A stretch of DNA of 64,000 bases from Candidatus Atabeyarchaeum deiterrae (GCA_037310415.1 CP147780.1:1056001-1120000); one strand, 5' to 3'. Numbered from the stretch's first letter, positions 9,760-20,700 are shown. A program made the numbers and translations. Notes: generated from the sequence alone by a model not told the origin.

Positions 9760-10680
9760 TTGAGAATCGGAGTTATCTACGGACGCTTAACAGGTATTTG
9801 GCCCGCCAGAATGCTTGTCAGGAGCATCGAGAAGCTCGGGCATACTCCCATCTTTTTATCCTTGCGCCACGTCACTGCCACAGTCGGAAGAAATAATGAT
9901 CAGACGAATACAGAACAAGAAGGCGGCGACGCAATGAGATTCAATTGCAGAGGCAGAAGTCTGGATGATCTGAGCGCCGCCTTGGTCAGAACCTTGTCCT
10001 ACGGAACTCTCGACCAAATCACATACAGAATCTCTTTGTTGGAACACATGGAGAAGTCAGGGATCTTCGTGGTTAACTCAGCCTATGCGTTCCGACGGGC
10101 TAGAGACAAATATGCATCGCTGTTCTACCTGGAGAAGAACGCTATCCCTGTTCCAAAGACTGTCGTAACTGAAAGCTTCAGGCAAGCTCTGAAAGCCGTC
10201 AGAACAATAGGAGACGTGGTGATAAAACCTCTCGTCGGTGCTAGAGGGGAGGGCTCGATACGCACTTCAGATTTTGACGTGGCCTACAGAGCCTTGAAGG
10301 CTGCCTACTCAGTGGGGCAAGTTCTCTACATCCAACAGTACATTCCGAAACCTGATCGGGATATCAGGGCCTTCATCGTGGGCGATGAAGTCATCTCGGC
10401 TATGTATCGAATTGCGTCTCCAGGAGCATGGAAAACAAATGTTGCACAACAGGGAAAACCTGTCAAGTGCGAGCTAACGAGCGAACTGGAAGATCTTGCA
10501 GTCAGAGCATCTAGGTCTTTGGGGCTAGAATACAGTGGAGTAGATATAATAGAAGGTGAGAGTGGACCACGAATCACCGAAGTGAATGCCGCGCCAACAT
10601 GGCATGGCTTGCAGAAAGTGACGCCCTTCGACATTGCCGATCGCATTATGGAGCATGTCATCAAGACGGTCAAAAGATAG
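9760..10680 (+). CDS. RimK-family ATP-grasp alpha-L-glutamate ligase (TTG start preferred over 9721)
   Basis: RDK, PVPKT, IKPLVG, QQYIP..DIR, WKTN, GVDI and EVN motifs; GGAGG upstream of 9760. Confidence 0.88.
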   Translation: MRIGVIYGRLTGIWPARMLVRSIEKLGHTPIFLSLRHVTATVGRNNDQTNTEQEGGDAMRFNCRGRSLDDLSAALVRTLSYGTLDQITYRISLLEHMEKSGIFVVNSAYAFRRARDKYASLFYLEKNAIPVPKTVVTESFRQALKAVRTIGDVVIKPLVGARGEGSIRTSDFDVAYRALKAAYSVGQVLYIQQYIPKPDRDIRAFIVGDEVISAMYRIASPGAWKTNVAQQGKPVKCELTSELEDLAVRASRSLGLEYSGVDIIEGESGPRITEVNAAPTWHGLQKVTPFDIADRIMEHVIKTVKR

Positions 10681-10744
10681 AGATCTACACGTGAATGCTA
10701 GCTTGTCATAATGAAGAATAAGAAAAGACGTCTAATCCTGCCAG

Positions 10745-11521
10745 TTACCTGAGCAATGAGTCAAGGGTCGTCTGGTAATGTTGCAGCATTTTCTTGTCGC
10801 TGTTGCCTGAAGTGAACAGTTGATTTCCTAAATAGCCAATTGCTTTTATCAGGTCAGGTCTGAAAGAAATTGACTCACGAGTGTTGAACACTACGCATTC
10901 AATTTGATTGTCCGCTGAAGGTATCAGTCCATTCAGAAGTATACCGTAGGCTGCAACCTGTGGTATGGCCAAGACCAAGTTTGCATCCCTCAGATCCGGC
11001 TTGAAGTCAAGAACTTGGACTTTGTGATCAGATCTCAGTCGCACCAAATCAATGTGTCCTGTGAGTTTCAAATCCTCGCTATAGACTGGGACCTCGGAAG
11101 CAACCATGTAAGGATCAAAGTTAAGCAAGTATGACAAGACACTACCGTGACTGCTAGATGATGATACCACTTTTCTAACTAGCTTCAGCAATTCGCTGTA
11201 AGATTCGGGCTTTATCAGACTCTCCTTCGCCAAGCTGTATGTTAAGCTGGCCTCAGCACTCTTAGAAGTATTCGATAGTCTCATGGCAGAAGCTCTCTTG
11301 AAGTCGTCCCTTAAGAAGTAGTGGTGAGGTATCTCATCCTTGCAAACTCGTTCCAGGAAATTCCAAAGAGGCGATGCAAGATCGTGTAGAGATGGATCAG
11401 ATATCAAGGATCTGTGATTTGTTCTATTCCACTGAAACAAATAGGTGACGTTCCTGTGTGTTATTCTTTTTCTAACAATCTCCTTCGAAGATTGTTTGAC
11501 CTCCATCTCTAACACCACCAT
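10745..11521 (-). CDS. PD-(D/E)XK nuclease superfamily protein
   Basis: EVPVY..GHIDLV..LDFK..QVAAYG RecB/Cas4-like motif series. Confidence 0.75.
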   Translation of the reverse strand: MVVLEMEVKQSSKEIVRKRITHRNVTYLFQWNRTNHRSLISDPSLHDLASPLWNFLERVCKDEIPHHYFLRDDFKRASAMRLSNTSKSAEASLTYSLAKESLIKPESYSELLKLVRKVVSSSSSHGSVLSYLLNFDPYMVASEVPVYSEDLKLTGHIDLVRLRSDHKVQVLDFKPDLRDANLVLAIPQVAAYGILLNGLIPSADNQIECVVFNTRESISFRPDLIKAIGYLGNQLFTSGNSDKKMLQHYQTTLDSLLR

Positions 11522-11722
11522 AGGCTCCTACTTGACTTCTAAGTACATATTACTTGTGGTACTATACTCTCGGTTGCCCAAATTTGATGCAGTGTTGGTT
11601 TTGATCAAGTGCCCTTTCTTCATCACAAGAATAGTTTAATATGATAGAATTCTAAATAACTACTGTAGGGATCTGTCGACTTCGAGGTTTGGTGCGAACC
11701 TGCTTCAGCGAGTTGAGAGGGC

Positions 11723-12343
11723 TTGATTCACTCAATTTACTTCATAAACACTGGTGGTCGCCTTATGTTCAGCAGAAAATACGGTAGCATCGAGCTGAAT
11801 CCAGACCTAATGGCCGGCTTCCTCACTGCGATAAAAGAGTTCTCAGGAGAGATATCGGCAGGTACGGAAAAGGCAAAAGATGCTGTAAGAGAGATTGAGA
11901 TGGAGACCTATAATGTCGTATACGATTTCAGAACCTCTGACGGATTGATGTGTGTAATGTTACATGATAAGAAAGACGATCCTCGAATTGTAAGAGGAGT
12001 AGCCAAAATCATACTCGATGGATTCCTGAAGAAATACAGAGATGAACTCGATGATTGGAAAGGCGAACTGACTATCTTCTCAGAATTTGGAGAGGTGTTA
12101 GACGAGATAGCCAAAAATGGGAAGGTGGCCGAGGTATATCCAACGCTGAAGAAAAAGCTCACTTCTTTGACAGTAAAACTCGGAATGATAAATGAGCCAG
12201 AATACAAGGTCGCCTTGAAATGCGATGGGAAAAGGACTTACCGAGAGATTGCTGATGAACTGAAAATTGATCTGGAGACCATCTATACGGTAATGAGTAG
12301 GCTGAAGGATCTGGGTCTCATCAAAGAGGAGGCCGTCGAATAG
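11723..12343 (+). CDS. Longin-like domain plus C-terminal wHTH protein (Asgard-type)
   Basis: MIHSIYFINTGGRLMFSRKY..DLMAGFLTAIKEFS longin pattern; CDGKRTYREIADEL..LKDLGLI wHTH. Confidence 0.75.
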   Translation: MIHSIYFINTGGRLMFSRKYGSIELNPDLMAGFLTAIKEFSGEISAGTEKAKDAVREIEMETYNVVYDFRTSDGLMCVMLHDKKDDPRIVRGVAKIILDGFLKKYRDELDDWKGELTIFSEFGEVLDEIAKNGKVAEVYPTLKKKLTSLTVKLGMINEPEYKVALKCDGKRTYREIADELKIDLETIYTVMSRLKDLGLIKEEAVE

Positions 12344-12392
12344 TCCACTCTCTTCCATGCACCTATCAAGGTAGCCATGAGTCTAGTTACCT

Positions 12393-13100
12393 TTACTTGA
12401 TCAAGATGGCTCCAGACGTCATGATCAGCAGACCAAGTATCACAATGCCTGGAGGAAGGATCAGCATCGCAACACTTTCTCCAGTTGAGAATATCCATTG
12501 GAGTACTTGTCCAAAGTAATAGACTAAGAATCCTCCTGCAAGGAGCAGAGAACTGTTTCTAATTACTCCAGCGCTTTGGACGGCTACATATAGGTATATG
12601 AGTGGTATCACTACTGCAAAGATTGCGTATATGACGTCAAATGTGAGTCTCACTGGAGTCCCAACTGAAATCAGCATTTCGTCAGGCAAGAATGTAAAGA
12701 ATATGCCACAGATTGCTGGTATGACTGGCAATATGAATTTGAGAACCTTGTTCTCAAAAACACGCAGTGTAAGTGCAAGAATTATGAAGGTTAATGCAAT
12801 CCATTGGAATGTCTCACCGAGTCTCCAAAGCCAAAGATAAGTCAAGTCAATTTGGTTAACATAGAAATCCCACGCGATAAAGAATCCTCTACTAATAGCC
12901 AAGAACAAGAAGAACAGCGAGAAGAACAGGTAGAACATCGTGTTCTTTTTCTCTCGTGCACCTCCAGCCATAAACCTTAAGGCCTTAAGCAAAGCGAAAT
13001 AGCCGAAGAGGAGAAACTCATACGCAACCGCAACAAACCAGAATCCTATTGCAACAGAAGCCCCAACTGAAACATAGCCAGGATATGGACTTAGAGACAT
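12393..13100 (-). CDS. Multi-pass (6-7 TM) membrane protein
   Basis: Consecutive hydrophobic segments; GGTGA RBS upstream. Confidence 0.75.
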   Translation of the reverse strand: MSLSPYPGYVSVGASVAIGFWFVAVAYEFLLFGYFALLKALRFMAGGAREKKNTMFYLFFSLFFLFLAISRGFFIAWDFYVNQIDLTYLWLWRLGETFQWIALTFIILALTLRVFENKVLKFILPVIPAICGIFFTFLPDEMLISVGTPVRLTFDVIYAIFAVVIPLIYLYVAVQSAGVIRNSSLLLAGGFLVYYFGQVLQWIFSTGESVAMLILPPGIVILGLLIMTSGAILIK

Positions 13101-13442
13101 CTCCGTTATCTCACCCCTTTGCGCCCGATTTGAAAGAATCGCCTTCTTTTCTGGATCAAGATAGGAGTGTAAGAGTCAAACCATACTTTCAAGAGGGTCG
13201 ATTAAGGCAAGTCAGTTTAGGGTTATGACGCCCGTTTGGTCGCTCAGGATTTGCAGGTTAGATTTCTGCGCGATTACAGCTCGACTTGATAATGACTCTG
13301 ACATGAACATGCATAAATATGTATCCGTCTCTGTTTCCATCAGATGAGCACTCAATATCATAGGACTGCAAAAGATCCTCGTCAATTCGACACGCTCACT
13401 ACTCGTAATCCAATACCAAGCATGATATGAGGTGGAACTGAG

Positions 13443-14837
13443 ATGGAGGACATTATTCTTAGACTAGTTGAGAGAAGCACCCAAGAACTCGGCGCCGAAT
13501 TTGTTGAAGCTAGGTTTCAGAATACTCGGGGCTTGGGAATTTCTGTTATTGATGGCGTGCCAAGAGAAGTAGCTCGCTCTGTCAATATCGGACTGGGCGT
13601 CAGAGCCTTCAAAGGTGGGGCATGGGGGTTTAGTGCAACAACAAACGTTAGGGATTCCCTGATCGCAGATACGGTTAGATCAGCCGTCAGAATAGCCAAA
13701 AAAGCCAGTGAAACGGCCAAGCAGAAATTCAAACTTGCGAATCTAGCTCCTACGACAGGAGCAAGCACTGTCCCCGTAAGAGTCAACCCCTTGGACATAC
13801 CGATGTCGGAAAAAATTGAGTTGACTCTTGACCTGAACAAACAGGCAACATCATTCAGTCCCAAGGTGGTCAATACGAACACCTTCTTTGGTGAGACCAA
13901 GGGTTACGTTTTCATCGCTAATTCGTCTGGCACAAACGTAAGAAAAGAAATAGCTCGGGTGCGAGCTGGAGCCAATGTATACGCTGCAGAGAATGGAGTT
14001 AGGGAAAGAGGATTCGAAGTGGTGGGTGGAACTGGTGGATACGAAGTTGTTCAAAGTGAAAGCGCCCACAGATTAGGTGAAATCGCGGCCGAAAAAGCAG
14101 TGAAGCTCCTAGATGCCAAAGCAGCACCTTCGGGGAAGTTCACTGTAGTACTGGATCCAAGACTTGTAGGCGTTTTCGCTCACGAAGCATTTGGGCATGC
14201 GTGTGAAGCCGACAAAGTTCTATCAGGAGCTTCACTTGTTGAAGGCAAGATCGGGAGCAAAGTCGGAAATGAATCTGTAACGATCATGGATGACCCCACT
14301 ATTTCGGGACTCTACGGATCATTTACTTACGATGACGAGGGGATTGCGGCTAGCTCACACGTTCTGATTGATCGAGGAGTGCTCAAGGGATATCTTCACT
14401 CGATCGAAACCGCCATCAGAATGAACGTCGAACCAAACGGATCAGCACGTGCTGAAGACTTCATGTCTACTCCAATTGTCAGGATGTCAAACACATATGT
14501 AACTGCAGGAAGTTGTGAAGTTGACGAGGTCTTTGAGAATGTTAAGAACGGGATCTATGCGGTGGGCAGCGAATATGGCTATGTGATTCCAGCTAGTGGG
14601 CAATTCGTGTTCAAAAGTGAGTATGGATACATTGTAAGAAATGGAGAGCCCAAGGAGCTGATCCGCGATGTTGCGCTTAGCGGTTTGATATTGGAGGCAC
14701 TGAACAACGTTGAAGTCGTGGGACGTGATGTTGGATTTGAGCCAGGGGTCTGTGGAAAATCGGGTCAATCGGTTCCAATTTCCACTGGGGGTCCACATGT
14801 CCGTATGAGCAATGTCGTAATTGGAGGAATGAGGTGA
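13443..14837 (+). CDS. tldD: TldD metalloprotease subunit
   Basis: HEAFGHACEAD, YDDEG, RMSNT, CGKSGQ and GGPH. Confidence 0.93.
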   Translation: MEDIILRLVERSTQELGAEFVEARFQNTRGLGISVIDGVPREVARSVNIGLGVRAFKGGAWGFSATTNVRDSLIADTVRSAVRIAKKASETAKQKFKLANLAPTTGASTVPVRVNPLDIPMSEKIELTLDLNKQATSFSPKVVNTNTFFGETKGYVFIANSSGTNVRKEIARVRAGANVYAAENGVRERGFEVVGGTGGYEVVQSESAHRLGEIAAEKAVKLLDAKAAPSGKFTVVLDPRLVGVFAHEAFGHACEADKVLSGASLVEGKIGSKVGNESVTIMDDPTISGLYGSFTYDDEGIAASSHVLIDRGVLKGYLHSIETAIRMNVEPNGSARAEDFMSTPIVRMSNTYVTAGSCEVDEVFENVKNGIYAVGSEYGYVIPASGQFVFKSEYGYIVRNGEPKELIRDVALSGLILEALNNVEVVGRDVGFEPGVCGKSGQSVPISTGGPHVRMSNVVIGGMR

Positions 14838-14844
14838 TCCAGAG

Positions 14845-16215
14845 CTGAGGAACAAGGGAAGCGCAACCTCTGATCTTCTTGAGCTAGGAGAGAGACTGGT
14901 CAAGAAATCTGATAAAGGCAAGTATGACCAGCTTGAGCTATTTATCTCTCAACATGTTTTGACCTCGGCCGAGGTTGAAAAAGGATCTGTCAAGAAAGGC
15001 GAGAATCTGCTTGATGTGGGAGCTTCAGCGAGGGTCGTCGTAGGAAGATCAGTCGGATTCGCGTATGCTACTTCTTTCGATGAGAAAGACATCCTTGAAG
15101 TTATAGAAGAAGCAACCGTCCTAGCAAAGGCAATCCCCCCAGATCCAGATTTCCAGTCAATGCCGGGAGTTGAACCATATCCAAGCATCTCGAAGAGACC
15201 AGACAAACGAATAGATTCAATAACTGTTGAAGAAGCAATAGATATGGCTCAACAGATAGGAGACTCAGCAAGAATCGATCCGAGAATCTATTCCATAAAC
15301 ACGTCCGTTGATCTTGCGTCGGTGAATGCGGCCATAGTCAATACACTGGGTATCTCGGTGAGCGAAAAGGATACGTATGTCGGCGTTTCCGCGAACATTG
15401 TAACGAAAAGTGAAAGCGAAATGGCATCAGGTTTTGAGTTCCGAGGAGCTAGAAAGATCAGTGAAATAGATCTAGGGTGGGTTGGGCGGGAGGCTGCAAC
15501 TCAGTCGGTCAAATCACTCGGAGCCAAGAAGATTAGTTCAGGCAGGATGCCAGTAGTCTTTGGCCAGAAGGTCACTGCGGCCATAATATCAGCTGGTGTA
15601 TCGGCTGCTTCCAGCGCCGAGAACATACAGAGAAAGAGGAGCTATCTCACTGGGAAGCTTGGTGAGTCGATAGCGAACAGCGAAGTCACCGTGACTGATG
15701 ATGGAACGCTACCGAACGGGCTTCTTACTTCAAAGTCAGATGCAGAAGGATCGCCAAGGACTAAGACAACAATTGTTGAGAAGGGTGTGCTTAAGTCGTA
15801 CCTTCAAGACTCCTATACCGCTAAGAAAGACAGGATCAAGAATACTGGGAACGCCGTTAGAAGCGGTGGATGGGATTACAGAACCGCTCCAGGGATTGGG
15901 CACACAAACCTCATACTCAAACCTGGGCGGGGAAAAATCGACGACTTGATTTCCGAGGTAAGAGAAGGCATACTAGTTCTCTACACAGGAGACAGACCCA
16001 ATATTGCGACAGGTGAATTCAGTGCTCAGGCAACGGTTGGATTCAAAATCGAGAATGGAGACATAGCCTTTCCAACCAAGCAGGCAATGATTGGGGTCAA
16101 GTTGATCGACTTACTTGATGATCTTGATGCAATTGGAAACGATTCTCAACAGATCTCAGGGGTTATAGCTCCTAGCATAAGAGCAAAGGAAGCAGCAATC
16201 TCTGGCGGAACATAA
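14845..16215 (+). CDS. pmbA: PmbA/TldE subunit, probable CTG start at 14845 (track start 14959)
   Basis: DDGT..DAEG, TGNA; no HExxH; in-frame PmbA-like N-terminal extension following GAGGTGA. Confidence 0.85.
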   Translation: MRNKGSATSDLLELGERLVKKSDKGKYDQLELFISQHVLTSAEVEKGSVKKGENLLDVGASARVVVGRSVGFAYATSFDEKDILEVIEEATVLAKAIPPDPDFQSMPGVEPYPSISKRPDKRIDSITVEEAIDMAQQIGDSARIDPRIYSINTSVDLASVNAAIVNTLGISVSEKDTYVGVSANIVTKSESEMASGFEFRGARKISEIDLGWVGREAATQSVKSLGAKKISSGRMPVVFGQKVTAAIISAGVSAASSAENIQRKRSYLTGKLGESIANSEVTVTDDGTLPNGLLTSKSDAEGSPRTKTTIVEKGVLKSYLQDSYTAKKDRIKNTGNAVRSGGWDYRTAPGIGHTNLILKPGRGKIDDLISEVREGILVLYTGDRPNIATGEFSAQATVGFKIENGDIAFPTKQAMIGVKLIDLLDDLDAIGNDSQQISGVIAPSIRAKEAAISGGT

Positions 16216-16297
16216 GCTAAATTAACTAGCACGTTTTAATGTGTGCGATTCTGAATCGGATCGTCACATTCAACTACATTCAGAGAGTGAATGGTAA

Positions 16298-16675
16298 ATG
16301 ACTGACGAACTTGAGAGGATAAGAGTAAGAAAAATGGAAGAGCTGCGAAGACAGGCGGCACAAAGACAGAAATTGGAGGAGGACAAGAAGAAAGGTGAGG
16401 ATGCCAAGAAGAAGATATTAGCAGTTGTGTTCGAACCTGACGCCACTCAGTACCTCATTGAATTGAAGAAGAGAGATGCAACAACCGCCACGGAGATCGA
16501 AAACACAATCCTGAAGCTTGTTTTGAGCCGACAACTGAAGTACAAAGTTGATGCTGTCGACATAGAAACCCTAGAGAGGCGCATCAAAGGCATAGAACCC
16601 AAAATTACAATCAAGCGAAGGGGAAAAGAAGAGGTGGACCTAACAGATAAGTTGAAGGAAGACGAAGACAGGTGA
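16298..16675 (+). CDS. PDCD5/TFAR19-like DNA-binding protein
   Basis: DELERIRVRKMEEL N-terminus and KITIKRR near the C-terminus. Confidence 0.75.
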   Translation: MTDELERIRVRKMEELRRQAAQRQKLEEDKKKGEDAKKKILAVVFEPDATQYLIELKKRDATTATEIENTILKLVLSRQLKYKVDAVDIETLERRIKGIEPKITIKRRGKEEVDLTDKLKEDEDR

Positions 16676-16879
16676 GCATTAGAGATTTTAGAGAGGCGTC
16701 TGAAAAGACAGTCCAATCAAGTCGCGATTTTTCGTTGACGCTTTCACCTGCACAACCTGTCATGCGAGATTCGCAACCGTACAAAAACAATTATTAAGTC
16801 ATTCCGATAAGATTTTAGATCGATATTCAGATATCATGTGACGGAATCACGCGTTATATTGTTGACAGGGGATAGCTCA

Positions 16880-17608
16880 ATGTCGTTTGAAAGAACTAGA
16901 ACTGGAATCGATTCACTTGATGCCTTGATTGAGGGAGGTATCCCAAGAGGCAGAATAATCCTGATAGCTGGAGGGTGCGGCACTGGGAAGAGTATCTTGT
17001 CGACCCAGTTCATCTATGAAGGAGCCAAGCACTTTAATGAACCGGGAATCATGATTACGACAGAAGAGAGACCAAAGAGTATACGCCAGAACATGCTACG
17101 CTTCGGGTGGAACCTAAAGGAACTTGAGGATGGGAAGAAACTCGCGATTATAGATGCAGCTTCCCCAAAAGCTAGGATTCCATCCTCAGAAATGTACAAA
17201 ATAAGTTACTATGACACAAATAGCCTGCTACTGAAGATCTACGAGGCCGTCAATGAGATTGGCGCAAAGAGGGCAGTAATCGACTCAATACCTGGACTTG
17301 CCCTCAGACTGGAATCAGATTCAGAGATTAGAAGAGCAATATCACAGCTAGGGTCACTTCTATCTGAGTTGGAATGTACCAGCCTAGTTGTTTCTGAAGT
17401 TAATATCCCAGGTAGGCTCGGAAGGTTCGGCATAGAGGAATTCATAGCAGACGGAGTCTTCTTGCTGGAGAACTCACAAGTTGATGGCAGATACCAAAGA
17501 ACCTTCTCAATAGTGAAAATGAGAGGCACCGACAACAGCGCGGACGTTCATGAACTCAAAATCACAGACAAGGGAATTGAAGTGATCTCAAAGGGAAGGA
17601 AGAAGTAG
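16880..17608 (+). CDS. Single-domain KaiC-like (RecA-superfamily) ATPase
   Basis: RTGIDSLDALIEGGIP, GGCGTGKS, VIDSI, IADGV and KMRG. Confidence 0.9.
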   Translation: MSFERTRTGIDSLDALIEGGIPRGRIILIAGGCGTGKSILSTQFIYEGAKHFNEPGIMITTEERPKSIRQNMLRFGWNLKELEDGKKLAIIDAASPKARIPSSEMYKISYYDTNSLLLKIYEAVNEIGAKRAVIDSIPGLALRLESDSEIRRAISQLGSLLSELECTSLVVSEVNIPGRLGRFGIEEFIADGVFLLENSQVDGRYQRTFSIVKMRGTDNSADVHELKITDKGIEVISKGRKK

Positions 17609-17694
17609 ACAAGTTGGCAGAACCGTTTCTCACTTTTTGCATCTTTCCCAGTTTTCCATCGGACCGCACTTTCTCCCCTTTTTTCTTTTGTTTC

Positions 17695-18747
17695 TTATTT
17701 CATAAACTTACCGAAGGCGAGACACAATCTAACCCAGCTGAAATCGCCTACTTCCCTGAGGGCTAAGTTCATTCCCTCTTCATCCCCCTTTTCGAACACT
17801 TCAACCAATTTCAAAGACTGCCTAAATGCGTCGGTACTCCTGACTTTTTCATCTCTTGCGCCACTGACAACGTTCTTAGCAGTCTCAAGTTCCTCTGTGA
17901 GAAGATACTCTATTGTAGCTTTCCGATAGTTCTCGGCTGCCTCATTCGTGTTCTCGCCTTTCAGGTACTCTTCAGCAGCTCGTAAATGGCATACTGCCGT
18001 TTTCTCGGTTTCCCCTCCCTTCTGGTATATTGAAGCTGCTTCTAGCAGGAAGCCAGGCGATCGGTTATGATCCTTCGTTTTAATACTTTCTTCTGCAGCT
18101 TTCTGCAGATCATCTGCAGCCATAAGATAGTACTCATCCGCTTCCCTCTTGTTTCCGGATTGAACGAATGCTTCCGCGGCTTTCTTGAGGCATTTTGCAG
18201 ATTCATTGAATTTGCCAACTCTCAGGTAGAGATCTCTCGCATCATTAAGTGCCCTCACCGTTCCATGCACATCTTTCAGCTCAAGTCTAGCATCCGCTTC
18301 CCTCTCAATATGCTGTGCCGCTATGATTGGTTCACCTAAAACCTCATATTCAGTGGCAGCTAACCTGTAGTTCTCTGCAACGTTTCGCAATAGATTCGAC
18401 TTCTTGTATGCTTCTACAGCCTTGAGATACAGTGGTATTGCTCCTCTATGATCGACCTTATCCGAGTGGCGTTTTGCAGCCTTGACGTAATTCTCCCCAG
18501 CCAAGTTGAATTCCTTTATCTCATCGAATTTCGTTGCAGCTCTCTCGAAGAACTCATCTGTCTTCCCACTCCGATCTTCTTCGTATAGCTTCACCGCTTG
18601 TGTGAGAAATCTCACGGCATCAGCCTGCTCCCCTTTCTCAGCAAGTCTTGCCGAAGCTTCGAAGAGTTTCTCTCCCGCTGCCTGCTTAACTTTCATCGAT
18701 CGGTATTTCTCTGCTTCATCAATGAGTTTCTGTATTTTCTCATCCAA
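17695..18747 (-). CDS. Alpha-SNAP-like TPR helical repeat protein
   Basis: Repeated AGENYVKAA / AENYRLAA / AKCLKKAA / AENYRKA units; C-terminal FEKGDEEGM resembles the SNAP tail. Confidence 0.65.
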   Translation of the reverse strand: MDEKIQKLIDEAEKYRSMKVKQAAGEKLFEASARLAEKGEQADAVRFLTQAVKLYEEDRSGKTDEFFERAATKFDEIKEFNLAGENYVKAAKRHSDKVDHRGAIPLYLKAVEAYKKSNLLRNVAENYRLAATEYEVLGEPIIAAQHIEREADARLELKDVHGTVRALNDARDLYLRVGKFNESAKCLKKAAEAFVQSGNKREADEYYLMAADDLQKAAEESIKTKDHNRSPGFLLEAASIYQKGGETEKTAVCHLRAAEEYLKGENTNEAAENYRKATIEYLLTEELETAKNVVSGARDEKVRSTDAFRQSLKLVEVFEKGDEEGMNLALREVGDFSWVRLCLAFGKFMK

Positions 18748-18879
18748 CTTGGATTTTCCTCCTATATGCAGACATTAGTCACACTATATAGGGTTACTTC
18801 CTATAATTCGTGATCCTCAAAACCCAAAGGTAAAATACAAGGTCAAGGATATACATTTCCTTTAGGAGGAGAGGAAGAC

Positions 18880-20550
18880 TTGAGTAGTAAATCCCCATAT
18901 CAATCCAAAATATGGTTAAAGAATTATGATAAGAATGTGCCGCCCAAGCTACCCGAACCGAAAACCCCATTGCACAAAATCCTTGACGATACGGCAAAGG
19001 AATTCCCAGACAAGGCTGCTCTAATCTTCTATAAAAAGAAGATAAACTTCAGAGAATTCAAAGAGTACTCTGACAGGCTTGCTGCAGCGTTCGTATCAAT
19101 TGGAGTAAGAAAAGGCGACATCATAGGACTGCACATGCCTAACCTTCCACACTACCCGATCACAATGTGGGGAGCATGGAAAGCTGGCGCGGTCGTCATG
19201 GGTGTGAGCCCCATGATGAAAGAGAGAGATCTGAAACATCAACTCAAAGATTCTGGCGCCAAGGTCATCGTATCTGCTGAGATGTATGTGAAGATGGTTA
19301 GCACACTCAAACCTGAGACCAAACTCGAACACATTATCTCCGCCGGTCTGAATGACTTCCCAGAAGGTTCCTTGCCAAAACCAAAAGAAATTCCAGGCGC
19401 AACTCATTTCGTCAAACTCATCACAGAACACAAACCGAACCCCCCAAGCGTTCAGGTTGACTTGAAGGAAACACCAGCCTTTCTGCAATACACCGGAGGA
19501 ACAACAGGACTGCCTAAAGGTGCGACAATAACCCACTACAATCACCTCTCAAACATGAATCAATTCACTGCGTGGCTTGCCTTCAAGAAAGGCATAGAGT
19601 CAGTCGTTTCTGGTTTCCCCTACTTCCACATAGCAGGCACATTGACATGCACGATGTCGGTGATGAATGCGGCCACACAAGCACTAGTAGTGAATCCAAG
19701 AGACCTCCCGTTGATTTTCCAGCTCGTCAATGAACATAGACCAACGTTACTAGCTAATGTCAGCACGCTGTACATGCTCATGCTTCGGCACCCTGATTTC
19801 AAGAAATGTGATTTCAGCTCAGTCAAGTACTTCATAAGCGCGGCAGCTCCGTTTCCGGCGGAGGTCATAAAGGAATTCGAGAAAGCTGCCGGGAGGAGAG
19901 TCGTTGAAGCGTATGGTTTAACAGAATGTTCTCCTCTCGTCGCATCAAACCCTGTTGAGCATATGAGAAAAATAGGTTCAGTTGGAATGCCATTTCCAGA
20001 TACAGATGTCAAGATTGTTGAAGTGGGAACAAAAGATAAAGAAGTCCCTTTGGGTGAAGCTGGAGACCTACTAGTTCGAGGTCCACAAGTATTCAAGGGA
20101 TACTGGAATAGACCGGAAGAGTCCAAAGCATCGCTAATAGGCGACGGATGGTGTCGTACAGGTGACGTAGCAAGGATGGATGAAGATGGATTTATCTACA
20201 TAGTTGATAGAACCAAAGACATGATCAATATTGGTGGGCTGAAAGTCTATCCCAGAGAAGTCGACGACACACTGTCCGAACATCCAGCCGTAATGATGGC
20301 TGCAACAGTTGGGCTTGTTGATCCTGACCGGCCAGGAAGCGAGAGGATCAAGGCATTCATTGTTCTCAAGCAGGGCTATGAAGAAAGCGAAAAACTGAAA
20401 CAGGAAATAATACAGTTTGTCAAGGATAAGATAGCTCCATACAAGGTTCCAAGGTTCATAGAATTCCGAAAGGAGTTGCCCCTGACGCTGATAGGCAAGG
20501 TTGTCAAAGTCTCTCTGAGAGAAGAAGAGAAGTCCAAAACAGCGAAATAG
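18880..20550 (+). CDS. Long-chain fatty acid-CoA ligase
   Basis: YTGGTTGLPKG, YGLTE, TGD, DRTKDMI and PLTLIGK. Confidence 0.93.
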   Translation: MSSKSPYQSKIWLKNYDKNVPPKLPEPKTPLHKILDDTAKEFPDKAALIFYKKKINFREFKEYSDRLAAAFVSIGVRKGDIIGLHMPNLPHYPITMWGAWKAGAVVMGVSPMMKERDLKHQLKDSGAKVIVSAEMYVKMVSTLKPETKLEHIISAGLNDFPEGSLPKPKEIPGATHFVKLITEHKPNPPSVQVDLKETPAFLQYTGGTTGLPKGATITHYNHLSNMNQFTAWLAFKKGIESVVSGFPYFHIAGTLTCTMSVMNAATQALVVNPRDLPLIFQLVNEHRPTLLANVSTLYMLMLRHPDFKKCDFSSVKYFISAAAPFPAEVIKEFEKAAGRRVVEAYGLTECSPLVASNPVEHMRKIGSVGMPFPDTDVKIVEVGTKDKEVPLGEAGDLLVRGPQVFKGYWNRPEESKASLIGDGWCRTGDVARMDEDGFIYIVDRTKDMINIGGLKVYPREVDDTLSEHPAVMMAATVGLVDPDRPGSERIKAFIVLKQGYEESEKLKQEIIQFVKDKIAPYKVPRFIEFRKELPLTLIGKVVKVSLREEEKSKTAK

Positions 20551-20700
20551 AAGAAAAGGCAGAAAAAGCCCAGATTCTACTTTACGAATTTGCAACTCCG
20601 TCGAGCTTCCAGAAGATCGGAGATAAGCCCTCCATCTATTTCATCTTTTCTGAAAAGTAAAAAAAGAGGTAAGCACTGCGGATCAGGTAGCAGACCTCTC

